Of a stretch of DNA of 64,000 bases, positions 28,047 to 40,900 are shown in pieces (position 1 is the stretch's first letter; every line of letters begins with the position of its first letter). Below the pieces are notes generated by a model. That model did not search any database. It saw only the letters and a program-made list of their open reading frames with translations, and was not told the origin of the DNA. The DNA is taken from positions 156,054,001 to 156,118,000 of the forward strand of contig NW_027362765.1 in assembly GCF_046119375.1 (NCBI RefSeq). Reading direction: 5' to 3'. The position numbers and the translations under genes are program-made. The stretch comes from Phyllobates terribilis. Lineage: Eukaryota.

Positions 28047-28999
28047 CCGTATTTTTCGGACTATAAGACGCACCGGACCATAAGACGCACCTAGGTTTTA
28101 AAGGAGGAAAATAGGAAAAAAAAATTTAAGCAAAAAATGTGGTCATGATGCACTGTTATGGGGGAGGGGGTCTGCTGCTGACACTGGTATTGGGGTAATG
28201 TCCCCCAATTATGTTAATATCCTCCATCCTAGTATTTATGGCCCCTCCTTCCTGGTATCAGTGGCCCCCATCCCATCCTGGTATGCATGGCATCCCTCTG
28301 AGCCCCCATCCTGGTATGCATGGCATCCCTCTGAGCCCGCATCCCTCTGAGCCCCCATCCTGGTATGCATGGCACCCCTCTGAGCCCCCATCCTGGTATG
28401 CATGGCACCCCTCTGAGCCCCCATCCTGGTATGCATGGCACCCCTCTGAGCCCCCATCCTGGTATGCATGGCACCCCTTGAGCCCCCATCCTGGTATGCA
28501 TGGCACCCCTTGAGCCCCCATCAGCTGCCTACAAAAGAAAAAAAATGAACAATCATACTTACCTCCTCTCTCCTCCAGCGCTGTCCCGCTCTGCTGCCGA
28601 CACTCTCACTGTGAGCCGCGCATGGCAGGGCGCGCATGGCGTCCCTGCCATGCGCCCTCACACAGTGTGAGACGCTGTGCTGGAATAGTCACTGCTCCCC
28701 GCGCTGGGACTCTGTGCGTGGGGAGCAGTGACTATTCAGTCTGTTCAATAGCCGGCACACTGTACTGCATCATGGGCGTGGGGAGCAGGGAATATTCATT
28801 CTCTTTAGTAGCAGGCACAGTGTAAGCTGCAGCAGGCGGCTGCTGCCTCCTGTGCCCCACTGATCCCCCGCTGCCGCTCCCCCACACCCACCATCATGCG
28901 GCCATACAATAATATAGTATTCGGACTATAAGACGCACCCCCCACTTTCCTCCAAAATTTTGGAGGAAAAAAGTGCGTCTTATAGTCCGAAAAATACGG
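28047..28999. mobile_element. pogo/Tc2-like non-autonomous element with internal ~32-bp minisatellite (~28265-28520)
   Basis: TIR CCGTATTTTTCGGACTATAAGACGCAC at both ends, TA/CA flanks; unit GAGCCCCCATCCTGGTATGCATGGCACCCCTCT. Confidence 0.85.
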
Positions 29000-30165
29000 C
29001 ATATAATTTTTAACTACTTTACAGAAATCAAATAATGGACATTGGGCTGTTCTAAAAAATAGTGTCTGCATTTGTCTTTAAAAAAAGAGTACATATTGTG
29101 AGTTTGTAGAGGATTGAGTATTCCTGTGAATCACTAACCTAATATTTAATTGGAAATCCACAGTTTTTTAGAACTGCTTCACATCTATGTTGCATAGAGT
29201 CAACCAACTTTTGGCACCTGTCATCTGTTATTCCAGCCTAGGACTCTTTGACTACATCCCAGAATGTTTTAGCATTTGTTGGCTTTGCCTCCGAAACGAC
29301 ATTTTTGATGCCACTCCTCAAGTGTTCTATCGGATTAAGGTCTGAGGATTGGGCTGGCCTCTCTAACCTCAATTTTGTTGGACTGGAACAAAGATTTTGC
29401 TCGCTTACTGGTGTGTTTAGGGTTGTTGTCTTGTTGAAAGAACAATTTTACTTTAGTCAGTCCACAAAATATTTCTCCATTTCTCTTTAGGCCAGTCGAT
29501 GTGCTCTTTGGCAAATCGTATCCGCTTCAGTGCACATCTTTTTTTAACAGTGGGACTTTGCGGGGACTTCTTGCTAAGAGATTAGCTTCACACAGGCGTC
29601 TTCTAACTGTCACAGTACTCACAGGTAACTTGAAGACTGTATTTGATCATCCTGGAGCTGATCATTGGCTGAGGCGTTGCCATTTTGGCTATTCTTCCAC
29701 CCATTCGAATGGTAGTCTTCCGTTTTCTTCCACGTCTCTCTGGTTTTGATTTCCATTTTAAAGCATTGGAGATCATTTTAGCTGAGGAGCCTATCATTGT
29801 CTGCACTTCTTTATAAGTTTTAACTTCTCCAATCAACTTTTTAATCAAAGTACGCTGTTCTCCTGAACAATGTCTTGAACGACCCATATTTCTCCGGCTT
29901 TCAAGGAGAAATGCATGTAAAACATGTGCTGGCTTCACCCTTAAATAAGGGCCCCCTGATTCACACCTGTTTCTTCACAGGATGATTGACCTCACTAATT
30001 GAACTCCACACCACTATTATTTTGAACACACCCCCTTTCAATTAATTATTCAAATACACAGACTCAAAAACATGCAGATCATGAATGCTGAGTCTGTTGG
30101 TGCAGTAGCTTGTAAGAAAACCAACTGATAAATTGTTTGACATGTGGTAATATAATTTATACCAA

Positions 30166-33100
30166 AAAGTCATAAGTTACTTACTGGTGACGGGATTTTT
30201 TGGAGACCATGACTGCACCACGAGAGAGGGGATCCGCCCACCAAGGACAGGAAACCTACAGGCTTAAAAGGGGACGGCCCTCTCTTCTCGCCTCAGTTTG
30301 GATGACAGAGCATTGAGAGGACCACCAGGTTAGTAGACATAGCAAAACATGATAAACCAACATTTCTATAAATCACCAACTTAAGAGTGAAAATTAATAA
30401 ACAAGGAGTGCTCCCACCAATGTGAAGGGAGGGAATATAAGGGTGCTGTCATGGTCTCCGAAAAATCCCGTTATCGGTAACTTATCTTACCACGAGAGAA
30501 TTACAGTGATGAAGAAGTTTAGGCAGGGACTACAGCTTGGAGCACCCTTCTCCCGAAAGTGAGATCAGATGAAACAACCAAATCCAGTCTATAGTGCCTA
30601 TAGAAGGTAGACGGAGAAGACCAGGTAGCAGCCTTACATATGTCTTCTATCAAGACACCCGTCTTCTCCGCCCAGGAGGTCGTCACTGCCCAGGTGGAGT
30701 GAGCCTTCAATTCTTGTGGTATTTCCTCACCGCTGGATGTATAAGCTAGGGAAATAGCCTCCCTGATCCATCTAGCTATGGTGGACTTTGTGACCTTATA
30801 GCCTTTCCTAACACCTTGGTAGGATATAAATAACGGACTGTCTTTTCTAAACTCTTGGTGACCAAGAGGTACCTAATTACACATCTCCTTACGTCTAGTG
30901 TATGAACCTCTTTTTCTTTCCGGTTACCCTGATTAGGGCAGTAGGAGGGTAGGACTACTTCTTGGAGTCTGTGAAAACGGGTAGCTACTTTAGGGAGATA
31001 AGCAGGATCAGGTTTAAGAATTATTTTTATCATCCAGTATCCGAGTGAAGGGCAAGGCTGAAGACAGGGCATGAATATCACTAACTCTCCTAGCAGATGT
31101 TAAAGCTATCAGAAGTGCTGTTTTAAGGGAGAGCGCCTTAAGAGTGGCTAACTCTATTGGCTCAAAGGGTGGACCAGTTAAGGCTTTAAGAACCAAATTT
31201 AGATCCCAGGGTACCAATTTGCTTTTGACAATGGGCCTGGACCTAAAGGCGGCTTTAATGAAACGAGAAATCCAATAATTACTCGCCAGATCACAGCTCT
31301 ATAGGGCGCCTAAGTCGGAAACCTGAACCTTCAGGGTGCTAGTGGCTAGCCCTAACTAAAGACCTTTTTGCAGAAATTCTAGAATTTTATTTATTGGAGC
31401 CTCCTAACCGACTCTGGAACCGGAAAAAGATAAAAACTTCTTCCAGGTTCTCGCATAAATTCTGGTTGTAATAGGCTTACGGCTACGCATTAAGGTTGTC
31501 ACTAAGCCTTGGGAGAATCCCTTTTTTCTTAATAGCTCCCCCTCAAGTTCCATACCGTCAAGTGGAGGCCAGACACTTGAGGATGGACTATTGGACCCTA
31601 GAAGAGGAGATCCGGAACTTCTGGTAGAACCCAAGGATCTGACACAGACATGCTCCTGAGGCATGAGAACCAGGGTCTCCTGGGCCAAAAAGGTGGGACC
31701 AGCAGAACTCTCGCCTTGTCCTCCCTGATCTTCCAGATAACCCTTCTTACTATGGTTAACGGGGGAAAGGCATAGGCTAGGCTCAACCCCCAAGGTATCT
31801 GGAGAGCGTCTACTGCCAGGGGTTTTTCTTTGGGATCCAGGGAACAGAAGAGCTGAGTTTTCCAATTTAACTTTGTAGCAAACAAGTCCACTATGTGGAG
31901 GTCCCCATCTTTGGACAATTTAGGAGATAATGTCCTGATTTAGTTCCCATTCCCCCTGTCTCAGGGTATAGTGGCTTAAGTAGTCTGCTCTTGAATTTTC
32001 TTTTCCCTTTATAAGAAAGGCTGTTAGGGAACGAAGATGGCATTACGAGACATGAAAGAGATGATCCGCCACTCTCATCAGAGATCTTGATCGTGTACCC
32101 CCTTGATGGTACTGCGATTTTATCAGAGAAAACCTTTACGTCACGATTTTGAAGAAAAACTCGAAAATAATTGACTGCCCTGTCTATCGCTAGCAACTCT
32201 TTAGCGTTGAAAGAGAGACTCTTTTCCGAATTAGACCATGACCCCTGGGTTACCATATCTCCAAGATGGGCCTCCCACCCACTGGAACTGGCATCGATAG
32301 TAAGGTTGTTCTAAAAACCCAGGGGACCCCTCTGGATAAGTTCACTTCATTATCCCGCCACTGTAAGGATTCAACTGACCAGGGAGACAAGGAAACCTCC
32401 CCTCCAAGCGCCCCTTCAACATAACTTCAGTATGCAGTACATCCCATTGTAAAACCCTGGAGTGATATTGAGCCCATAGAACCCCGGGAAGGCAAGATGT
32501 CAGGGTACCTAACAGGGACATCGCAGCTCTCAGGGACATGACACTGCTCTTCTTACTTGATCCCTGATCTTTAGTTTTTTGGTTCAGGGAGGTAACATGT
32601 CTGAGAATCTGAATCCAGCATAACTCCTAAGAATTGCTGAACTTTTGTGGCCGTTAACCTAGATTTATTTAAATTGAGGACCCAGCCCAGATTTTCTAAG
32701 ATGGAGATCACTATTTTTAGATGCTTACTACATTGAAGGGCCGAGTTACCAACTATCAGGAAATAATCCAGAAAAGGGATAATTAATATGTCATGCTCTC
32801 TAACATGAGCCATTACCTTCCACGATTTTGGTAAATACCCGGGGGGCTATGGCTAAACCGAATGGCAGGGCCCTATATTGAAAGTGCTTGATGACTCCAT
32901 CTATAACCACAGCCACTAAGATATTTCTGGTAATCTGAATGGATAGGTACACGGTAATAGGCGTCTTTCAAATCCAAAACTACCATGTAACAATCTGGCA
33001 ACAGCAATTTTATTGTTGACCTTATCGATTCCATTTTGAAGGTGGGGATTATCAGGAATTTATTCAGGGCTTTTAAATTTATAATACACCTGAAAGAGCC

Positions 33101-36100
33101 GTCCGGCTTAGAGACTTGAAAGAGAGGGGAGTAAAATCCCAACCCCCTTTCGGACGCTGGGACCTCCACCAGGACTGCTTTTTGAACAAGGTCCAGTACT
33201 TCTTCCTGAAGAGCGAGTTGTTCTGATATAGAGGAACGGACCAGGGTCAAGATAAACCTTCCACGAGAGACTGCTTGGGCCTGGAATCTCAGATCCGAAC
33301 CTATCAGATTAAAGCCCCCGTCTCACATAGCGAGATCGCTGCTGTGTCACGTTTTTAGTGACGCAACAGCGACCTCACCAGCGATGTCGCTATGTGTGAC
33401 ACTTTGCAGCGATCAGGCCCCTGCTGTGAGGTCGCTGATCGCTGCAGAATGTCCTGGACCTTTTTTTGGTCGTTGCCCTCCCGCTGGTCACACATCGCTG
33501 TGTGTGATCAGCGGGAGCAGCGATCAGGCTGGTAACCATGATAAACATCGAGTTACTAGGGGCACACGCGCACTTAGTAACCCGCTGTTTATCATGGTTA
33601 CGAGCCTGCTAAAGTGAGCGGTAACCTCCCGCTCACTGTAGCAGAGTGGTAACCATGATAAACAACGGGCTACTAGGAGCGCGTGTGCCCCTAGTAACCC
33701 GATGTTTACCATAGTTACCAGCCTGCTCCTGCTTCAGCAGGCTCGTAACCAGGAGCAGGACATCGTGGAAAGATTCTTTCCACGATGTCGCTGCTCCCCT
33801 GATCGTTGGTGAGCCTGCCTGTTTGACAGCTCACCAGCGACCACATAGCGATGCAGCAACGATCCCTGACAGGTTGTATCGTTGTCGGGATCGTTGCAGC
33901 GTCGCTAAGTGTGACGGGGCCTTAAGGATCCAGTTACTGGCTGAAATCTTTGTCCAGGCTGGTAAGAAGCCAGTCAGCCTCCCCCCTACCTGGGCTACGA
34001 GTCATTGACTCGATTTCCAGGGCTCCAGAGTGGAAGAAGACGTACTGAACAGAAGACCTCTACCTTTTGGTTTACGGTCTTCCCATTTATCCTGGTCTCT
34101 CTGTGGCCTTTTACACACAAATCTTCTCCTGCGAAAAGACCGCTTATAGGCAGGCATGGACAGTCTAGGGAAACATTTTTTCCTGTCACTTGCTTTGTCT
34201 AGGATTTCATCCAGGACTGGACCGAAGAGATGTTTCCCTTCACAAGGTATAGCGCAGAGTCTAGTTCTAGCCTGGCTGTCACCCGGCCAACACTTGAACC
34301 ACAGAGCCCTGCGGGCTGCATTAGACATGGCAGCCAATCTAGCAGCTAACTTAACAGAGCCCGCAGAAGCATCCGCTAGGAAGGCTTCTGCCCCCTGTGT
34401 GAGTGGGATACTAGACAAGATCTCTTTCCTGGATGTGTTGTTTCTAAATGCGATTCCAGCTGATCTAGCCATACCATCAAAGACCTAGCTGTGCAAGTCG
34501 CAGTAATTGCCCGTTTTAAAGCCCCAGCGGTTGTCTCCCAGGTGCCTTTGAGGAACGCATCCGCTTTTCTGTCCAGATGACTTTTTAGAAGCTTTAGCTA
34601 TGGCTGCGTCTAGTTTGGGAGCCTTCTCCCAGGAGGAGGAGGAGGCCGAGTCCTCAAAGGAGTACTTTCTTTGAAAGATTGGGGGGAGAGAACCCTTTCT
34701 TTCCGGCTTTTGCCACTCTCTATGGATTAGACCCTGAAGTTTATCATTGAACGGGAAACATTTTCTCTTCCTCTGCCCCAGTGCACTGAACATGACGTCT
34801 TAGACTGACTTCTCTGCTCTGAGGTCTGTAATGCCCATGATTTAGCTGATCGCTTTAACCAACCAGTCAACTTCATTTAATGGAAAGCAGTGCTGGCCTA
34901 AACCACTATCCGAGGATGAAGAAGATGAAGAAAATGAATAGTCAGAGTCCACCTCCTCGGCTGATGATAGGGAATAATCAGGAGTTGGGGAGACCTCATG
35001 GTTATCTTCCTTCCTCTTAGACTTTTCAAAGAGGAGTTTGCTCACCTCTGATTTAACTAGGGTTCTTAAGCCTGAGGCGAAACTAGGGGTCTCATCACCA
35101 AAGTTTGGTTTATGCAGGACTGGCACAGTCTTTTGGAATATGAGTCCGCCAATAGGGCCTCGCATAATGCACATTGCTTGTGTTTGTTTTTGGAGGTACA
35201 CTTCTTCCCCGGTTTAGCTGGAGGACCTTTCTCAGCAGGGGGATCGTCCATAGGGGCTGCAGATTCGTCCGTTTTGTTAGTCACGATGGCCGGACCGGGT
35301 TCGTCTACCTGCAGTCCGAGAATTGCTGGTGACTCGAGGGGGTCGTGTCTCCTGGGGCTCACCAGGCGACCGCTGAGATGGAGAAAGCGGTGGCCGCTGG
35401 ATCTGCTGCTGCTCGTCTTCAGAATCCATTAAGAATAGAATTCTGAAGTAGCTGGGAAGCCTAGAGCAGTGATATCTGGACGCTTAAATAGGAGTGTCTA
35501 CTTGCCTTTAATTTCCCTTTTTTTATTACGTCGCCATTTGCTGGTTGGAGGGAATGCAGCACTCACGCGGTGTCTTCATGCATGTGGACCGGACTTCCTG
35601 TCTGGTCACATGAGGACCGGACTTCCTGACTGGTCACATGACCGCCTGGCATCAGACCCCGCCCCCAGCCTAGTAAAAGACCAGAAGCATGCGGCACCGC
35701 CGCATCCTGCGGCGCTTGTCATAGAGGCGCCGCTCCTGTAATTGGCGCTTTTTCCCTCCAGCTACCTGCTCCAGCTAGCATTCACCTGCTGCTAGGGGCA
35801 GGCCCCTACCCCGGCCGGGGTGCCGCTCCCCCAGCGTCCTGAGCGCAGGTCTGGGGCTGCCAACCCCAGACAGAGGTGCAGCCCCCCAAAACTGTGCCCA
35901 CATCAAGTTGGGGCTGCCGTCCCCAGATAGGGGTGCAGCTCGACAGCACGCTTCTTCTGGACATCTTCACAGGTAAGCCTGTCAGAGGTGCCCTCCATCA
36001 AGGACAAGAAACCAAAACTGAGGCGAGAGGGCCGCCCCTTTTAAGCCTGTAGGTTTCCTGTCCTTGGTGGGCAGATCCCCTCTCTCATGGTGCTGTCATG

Positions 36101-36113
36101 GTCGACCGATAAA
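30166..36113 (-). mobile_element. DIRS1-like tyrosine-recombinase retrotransposon, near full length, defective
   Basis: Inverted terminal repeats (~30190-30300 vs ~36010-36100), ICR at ~30442-30497, AAA at both junctions; gag from ATG 35429 with CxxC...CxxC; RT (FYSPLFQVSKPDG, LDLKDAYY, YFLIVG); RNase H; methyltransferase-like DLFA...YAFPP; YR (SARRVSD, HSTW, YRHY); multiple stops and frameshifts. Confidence 0.93.
33313..33921. mobile_element. TTAA-flanked palindromic MITE (T2/Kolobok-type) inserted in the DIRS pol region
   Basis: TTAA|AGCCCCCGTCTCACATAGCGA ... TCGCTAAGTGTGACGGGGCC|TTAA with internal inverted symmetry. Confidence 0.85.
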
Positions 36114-36282
36114 CAGTGATTAATCTGGTTAGTTATAGTGGACTGCTATTATTATTATTATTAAATAACTACTGTACAACCACAAACTACTTGTATAAGT
36201 GCTATTGCCCTCTTCTCTACAAAAAAAATATTTTTTTACAGGATCAGGTGCGCAATTCGAGCGAAATCTAGTGTAAAAACTA

Positions 36283-37902
36283 CAGTACAGACCAAAAGTT
36301 TGGACACCTTCTCATTTAAAGATTTTTCTGTATTTTCATGACTATGAAAATTGTACATTCACACTGAAGGCATCAAAACTATGAATTAACACATGTGGAA
36401 TTATATACTTAACAAAAAAGTGTGAAACAACTGAAAATATGTCTTATATTCTAGGTTCTTCAAAGTAGCCACCTTTTGCTTTGATGACTGCTTTGCACAC
36501 TCTTGGCATTCTCTTGATGAGCTTCAAGAGGTAGTCACCGGAAATGGTTTTCACTTCACAGGTGTGCCCTGTCAGGTTTAATAAGTGGGATTTCTTGCCT
36601 TGTAAATGGGGTTGGGACCATCAGTTGTGTTGTGCAGAAGTCTGGTGGATACACAGCTGATAGTCCTACTGAATAGACTGTTAGCTGCTTTTTCCTACAA
36701 ATTCTAAGTAAAGAAAAACAAGTGGCCATCATTACTTTAAGAAATGAAGGTCAGTCAGTCCGAAAAATTGGGCAAACTTTGAAAGTGTCCCCAAGTGCAG
36801 TTGCAAAAATCATCAAACGCTACAAAGAAACTGGCTCACATGAGGACCGCCCCAGGAAAGGAAGACCAAGAGTCACCTCTGCTTCTGAGGATAAGTTTAT
36901 CCGAGTCACCAGCCTCAGAAATCGCAGGTTAACAGCAGCTCAGATTAGAGACCAGGTCAATGCCACACAGAGTTCTAGCAGCAGACATATCTCTACAACA
37001 ACTGTTAAGAGGAGACTTTGTGCAGCAGGCCTTCATGGTAAAATAGCTGCTAGGAAACCACTGCTAAGGACAGGCAACAAGCAGAAGAGACTTGTTTGGG
37101 CTAAAGAACACAAGGAATGGACATTAGACCAGTGGAAATCTGTGCTTTGGTCTGATGAGTCCAAATTTGAGATCTTTGGTTCCAACCACCGTGTCTTTGT
37201 GCGACGCAGAAAAGGTGAACGGATGGACTCTACATGCCTGGTTCCCACCGTGAAGCATGGAGGAGGAGGAGGTGTGATGGTCTGGGGGTGCTTTGCTGGT
37301 GACACTGTTGGGGGTTTATTCAAAATTGAAGGCACACTGAACCAGCATGGCTACCACAGCATCTTGCAGCGGCATGCTATTCCATCCGGTTTGCGTTTAG
37401 TTGGACCATCATTTATTTTTCAACAGGACAATGACCCCAAACACACCTCCAGGCTGTGTAAGGGCTATTTGACCAAGAAGGAGAGTGATGGGGTGCTACG
37501 CCAGATGACCTGGCCTCCACAGTCACCAGACCTGAACCCAATCGAGATGGTTTGGGGTGAGCTGGACCGCAGAGTGAAGGCAAAAGGGCCAACAAGTGCT
37601 AAGCATCTCTGGGAACTCCTTCAAGATTGTTGGAAGACCATTTCCGGTGACTACCTCTTGAAGCTCATCAAGAGAATGCCAAGAGTGTGCAAAGCAGTCA
37701 TCAAAGCAAAAGGTGGCTACTTTGAAGAACCTAGAATATAAGACATATTTTCAGTTGTTTCACACTTTTTTGTTAAGTATATAATTCCACATGTGTTAAT
37801 TCATAGTTTTGATGCCTTCAGTGTGAATGTACAATTTTCATAGTCATGAAAATACAGAAAAATCTGTAAATGAGAACGCGTGTCCAAACTTGGTCTGTAC
37901 TG
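36283..37902 (+). mobile_element. Young Tc1 (DD34E) with 266-bp TIRs; transposase frame open at 36722-37741 but native ATG destroyed
   Basis: TA-flanked TIRs 36283-36548 and 37637-37902; [23 protein letters not shown] intact. Confidence 0.96.
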
Positions 37903-40900
37903 TATATGCAAATCAGGATGGAAGTGCATATGGGTTGGGCCTTCCAAGTGTATTGACACCCCCCCAATGCACTTCCAGCTTGATTTGCTTATGCTTTCTC
38001 ATGACTGGAACACTGGATCTCCACAACAGACATGCATTATTTGTATTGGGGGACAAGCACCCATCCAGCCATACCACTACTTCTATATGTATGACGTGCT
38101 GACGGGTTCCCTTTCAAATCAGTTCCTACTGTGCAGGTAGCAATGTCCGTGACCTCCTGCATTGCATTCTGGGAGTTTTGTGTAAAGCCACTTTCCAGAT
38201 TGTAGATCCCCACAGCTGCTAAATCAGCAGAGATTGCTCCGAGCTCAGACATTCTGGAGAAGACATGTGGTAACTCAACAGTGGCAAAAACCTCACCATT
38301 TTTGGTACCTATAAACAAAAGTTTTGGGTTTCCAGACCAATGATGAGAGTCATACTACCAGACATGTCACACATTTCTGTTTTATTACACATACAATTTA
38401 CAGAGTCATATATGCAACATCCTATTCCTCCAGGGTAGGTAATGGATCCCCTTATATACAGTACATGGATTCTATCAGATAGTCTGATAACCACTTATAC
38501 CACCACCCGCCAATGTGTCCTATTGACTAGAACCAGCTGTCAGTCCCACAGACAAACACCAGTGACCAGTGAGGGGCATCGTCCATGTCTAATGCCAGGC
38601 AATGGTGGCGCGATATGCATTGAATCCAGCCATTGGTCAAACTCTATATACATATAGTGAGAACTGTCTCCACTACAAATACTGTAGTTCTTATTGCAGG
38701 CGCCAGGGGGCAGCAATCAGCTTTCATTTACTTGGAACAGAAAATCTGTAGATTGATTGGTTGTCAGGGGGAAAAAAAAAAGGAGGATATTTCTGTGTAC
38801 ATTCAGGGACGGCATCAGCACCAGGCAGATGTCAGAACCCTTGTAAATCTGGGTTAACATGCGCTATGCAAATCCACAGGGGGTGCACATGATGCCAATT
38901 GCGAAATGAGGGGTCAATGGTAGTTCAAGGCCCCCCGATTCTCCAAAACACGCATTAAGTATTAAAGGGATTATTCCAAAAAGGATAGGATAAGTGTTTT
39001 ATCACTGCCCCCCCCCCACCCCCGGATTGGGTACAGAGCCCCCTCCATTTAACCTTCCTGTGGTCGGGAGTTGGAATTGAGTGTAGATCACACATGGATC
39101 CTGCTGCTCAATGTCTATGGGGCAGACAGAACTAATCGAGCCCTCTGGACTGAGCAGTAAAACCCCTTTGAAAGCTTCTTTACCTATTAATCCACATGAA
39201 AAGTAAGAGTCGTAATCTCCCATACTGGTCCTGCTTTCACATGAGAGACTATATAGTAATGTAACATAAGCGGGAAAACAAAAACGAAAACCAAGAATAT
39301 AGTGCAGGACAGAAAATTATACTATAGACCTCAACCAAGAGGTAAGGGGTATGTCTGACAACTAGTTGTCAACTGGTTCCAAAATCAGCCAGCAGAATTG
39401 TGAATACAGCTCTGGAGCAGAACGCTAACTGTAGTGCTCAGGATGAGTGACTCCATTGTTTATGTAGATAAATGCTCTACATGAAGGGTATAATGGCAGA
39501 TACAAGCTTGATGTGGATATTGAGGACGATTAGTGAGCACACTATTATGTGAATACATGGGTAATCCCTCACCCATTTCATCCTCACAGAATTACTGAGC
39601 ATGAACCAGTCACAAATGGTTTTCCAGAACTTTCTTGGGGGGGTGTAAATTATATTTTCCTACACAACATCCTCACATTTTTAGATCCTGCTGTCTCCCA
39701 GTCTTTTTATATGAAAAAATTGTGCCTGCCTGCAGCCACTAGAGGGAGCTCATTATGGATTTTACCACACAAGTCATGTGCAATGCTCCCTCTAGTGGTG
39801 GCTTGAGAAACAGAATTTTATCATTTACCTCTATACAGGGAATTTGGTGCTCTGTCTCAGACACACCATTACCGTGTTGAAGCTTTCTTTGAAAGAAATC
39901 AAACACCAGAGCCAGCGGGCATAATTGGATGGCTGTATGAATGTGCTGCATACAGTCTCATGTTTTTGGCACACAGTACACACGGCATAAACTGCTCCCG
40001 TCATGTGATAGGCATGGGAACCTTCTATAGCCCAGCTGAATTAGACAGCTTTGTGCACAGCGGCGCTGTCCTCTCACTGTGCCGCTCATCTGTCCCATTC
40101 AGCCGGAGATGGTCCTGCTTATACTATACCATTCAAGACAGGTGCACTTTAAAATGCCACGTGATGCCCCACTGAGGCATAACACATGCCAGGGGACAGG
40201 TCTGACAAGGATCTCACATGGGGACAGGATTACTGCAAGTTGCATCATTTATCAACACTAGTGCAAGGGAAATGTGGAGTAGTTCCCATAGCAACCAATC
40301 CACTTCCACCTAGGAGCATGCTAATTCAGTGATGAGAAGAGATGGGCGACGGGCTGAACCCCCGGAGGAGCTCTACTAAACAGTATTGTTGGCAGAACCT
40401 GGGACTACGTGCGGAGTTGATCTCATGGTCAGCGTGGAGCCGGGTCATGAAGAGACCTCTCCTGCATTACACAAAAAAAAGCCATTGGATTGAATGGTAA
40501 CGTGTAATGCTTCATTTTCCCTGTGGTGGCGCTATAGAGACAGTTTATGATCTGATCGCAGGGGGGCACTCAGATTATTATCAAGGGACCCCTTCTATAG
40601 AACAGACAACCCCTCTATTCTGCACGAGCAGATTATCTGCAGCCCTTAGGTGCAGACCTTTACACATGATCACCGATGGCCACCATTTACCCATGAGCAC
40701 TGACAACAACCAGAGTGCCGGTTATAGGGGGCTTCCTGCGCTGCCGCCTGCCCCTCTAACAGCTGCCAGAACAACACTGAATACAAGTGCAATATACCCT
40801 CCTGTGTGAACAGGAAGGAACGAAGCTGCTGCCACCCCCAAGTCCCTGTGCCCTTACCCCACGCTCTCGAATCAAACATCAATGTGACGGATGCTTCCAC

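Larger units (their letters stand above)
27915..36174 (-). mobile_element. Internally deleted Tc1 hosting nested insertions
   Basis: Left TIR TA|CAGTAGTGTTCAAAATAATAGCAGT; right end ACTGCTATTATT...ACTACTG|TA at 36174; transposase N-terminus MGRSRHCS (from ~29887) and FQQDNNPKH / AQSSDLNPIEH at ~29320-29440. Confidence 0.78.

Noticed and set aside
36722-37741. Active or domesticated transposase gene
   Set aside because: Native ATG deleted, TIRs intact and near-identical sister copies present: a recent TE copy, not a domesticated gene.
38037-38318. 93-aa minus-strand ORF downstream of ATXN7L3
   Set aside because: No recognisable motif, splice context or codon pattern.
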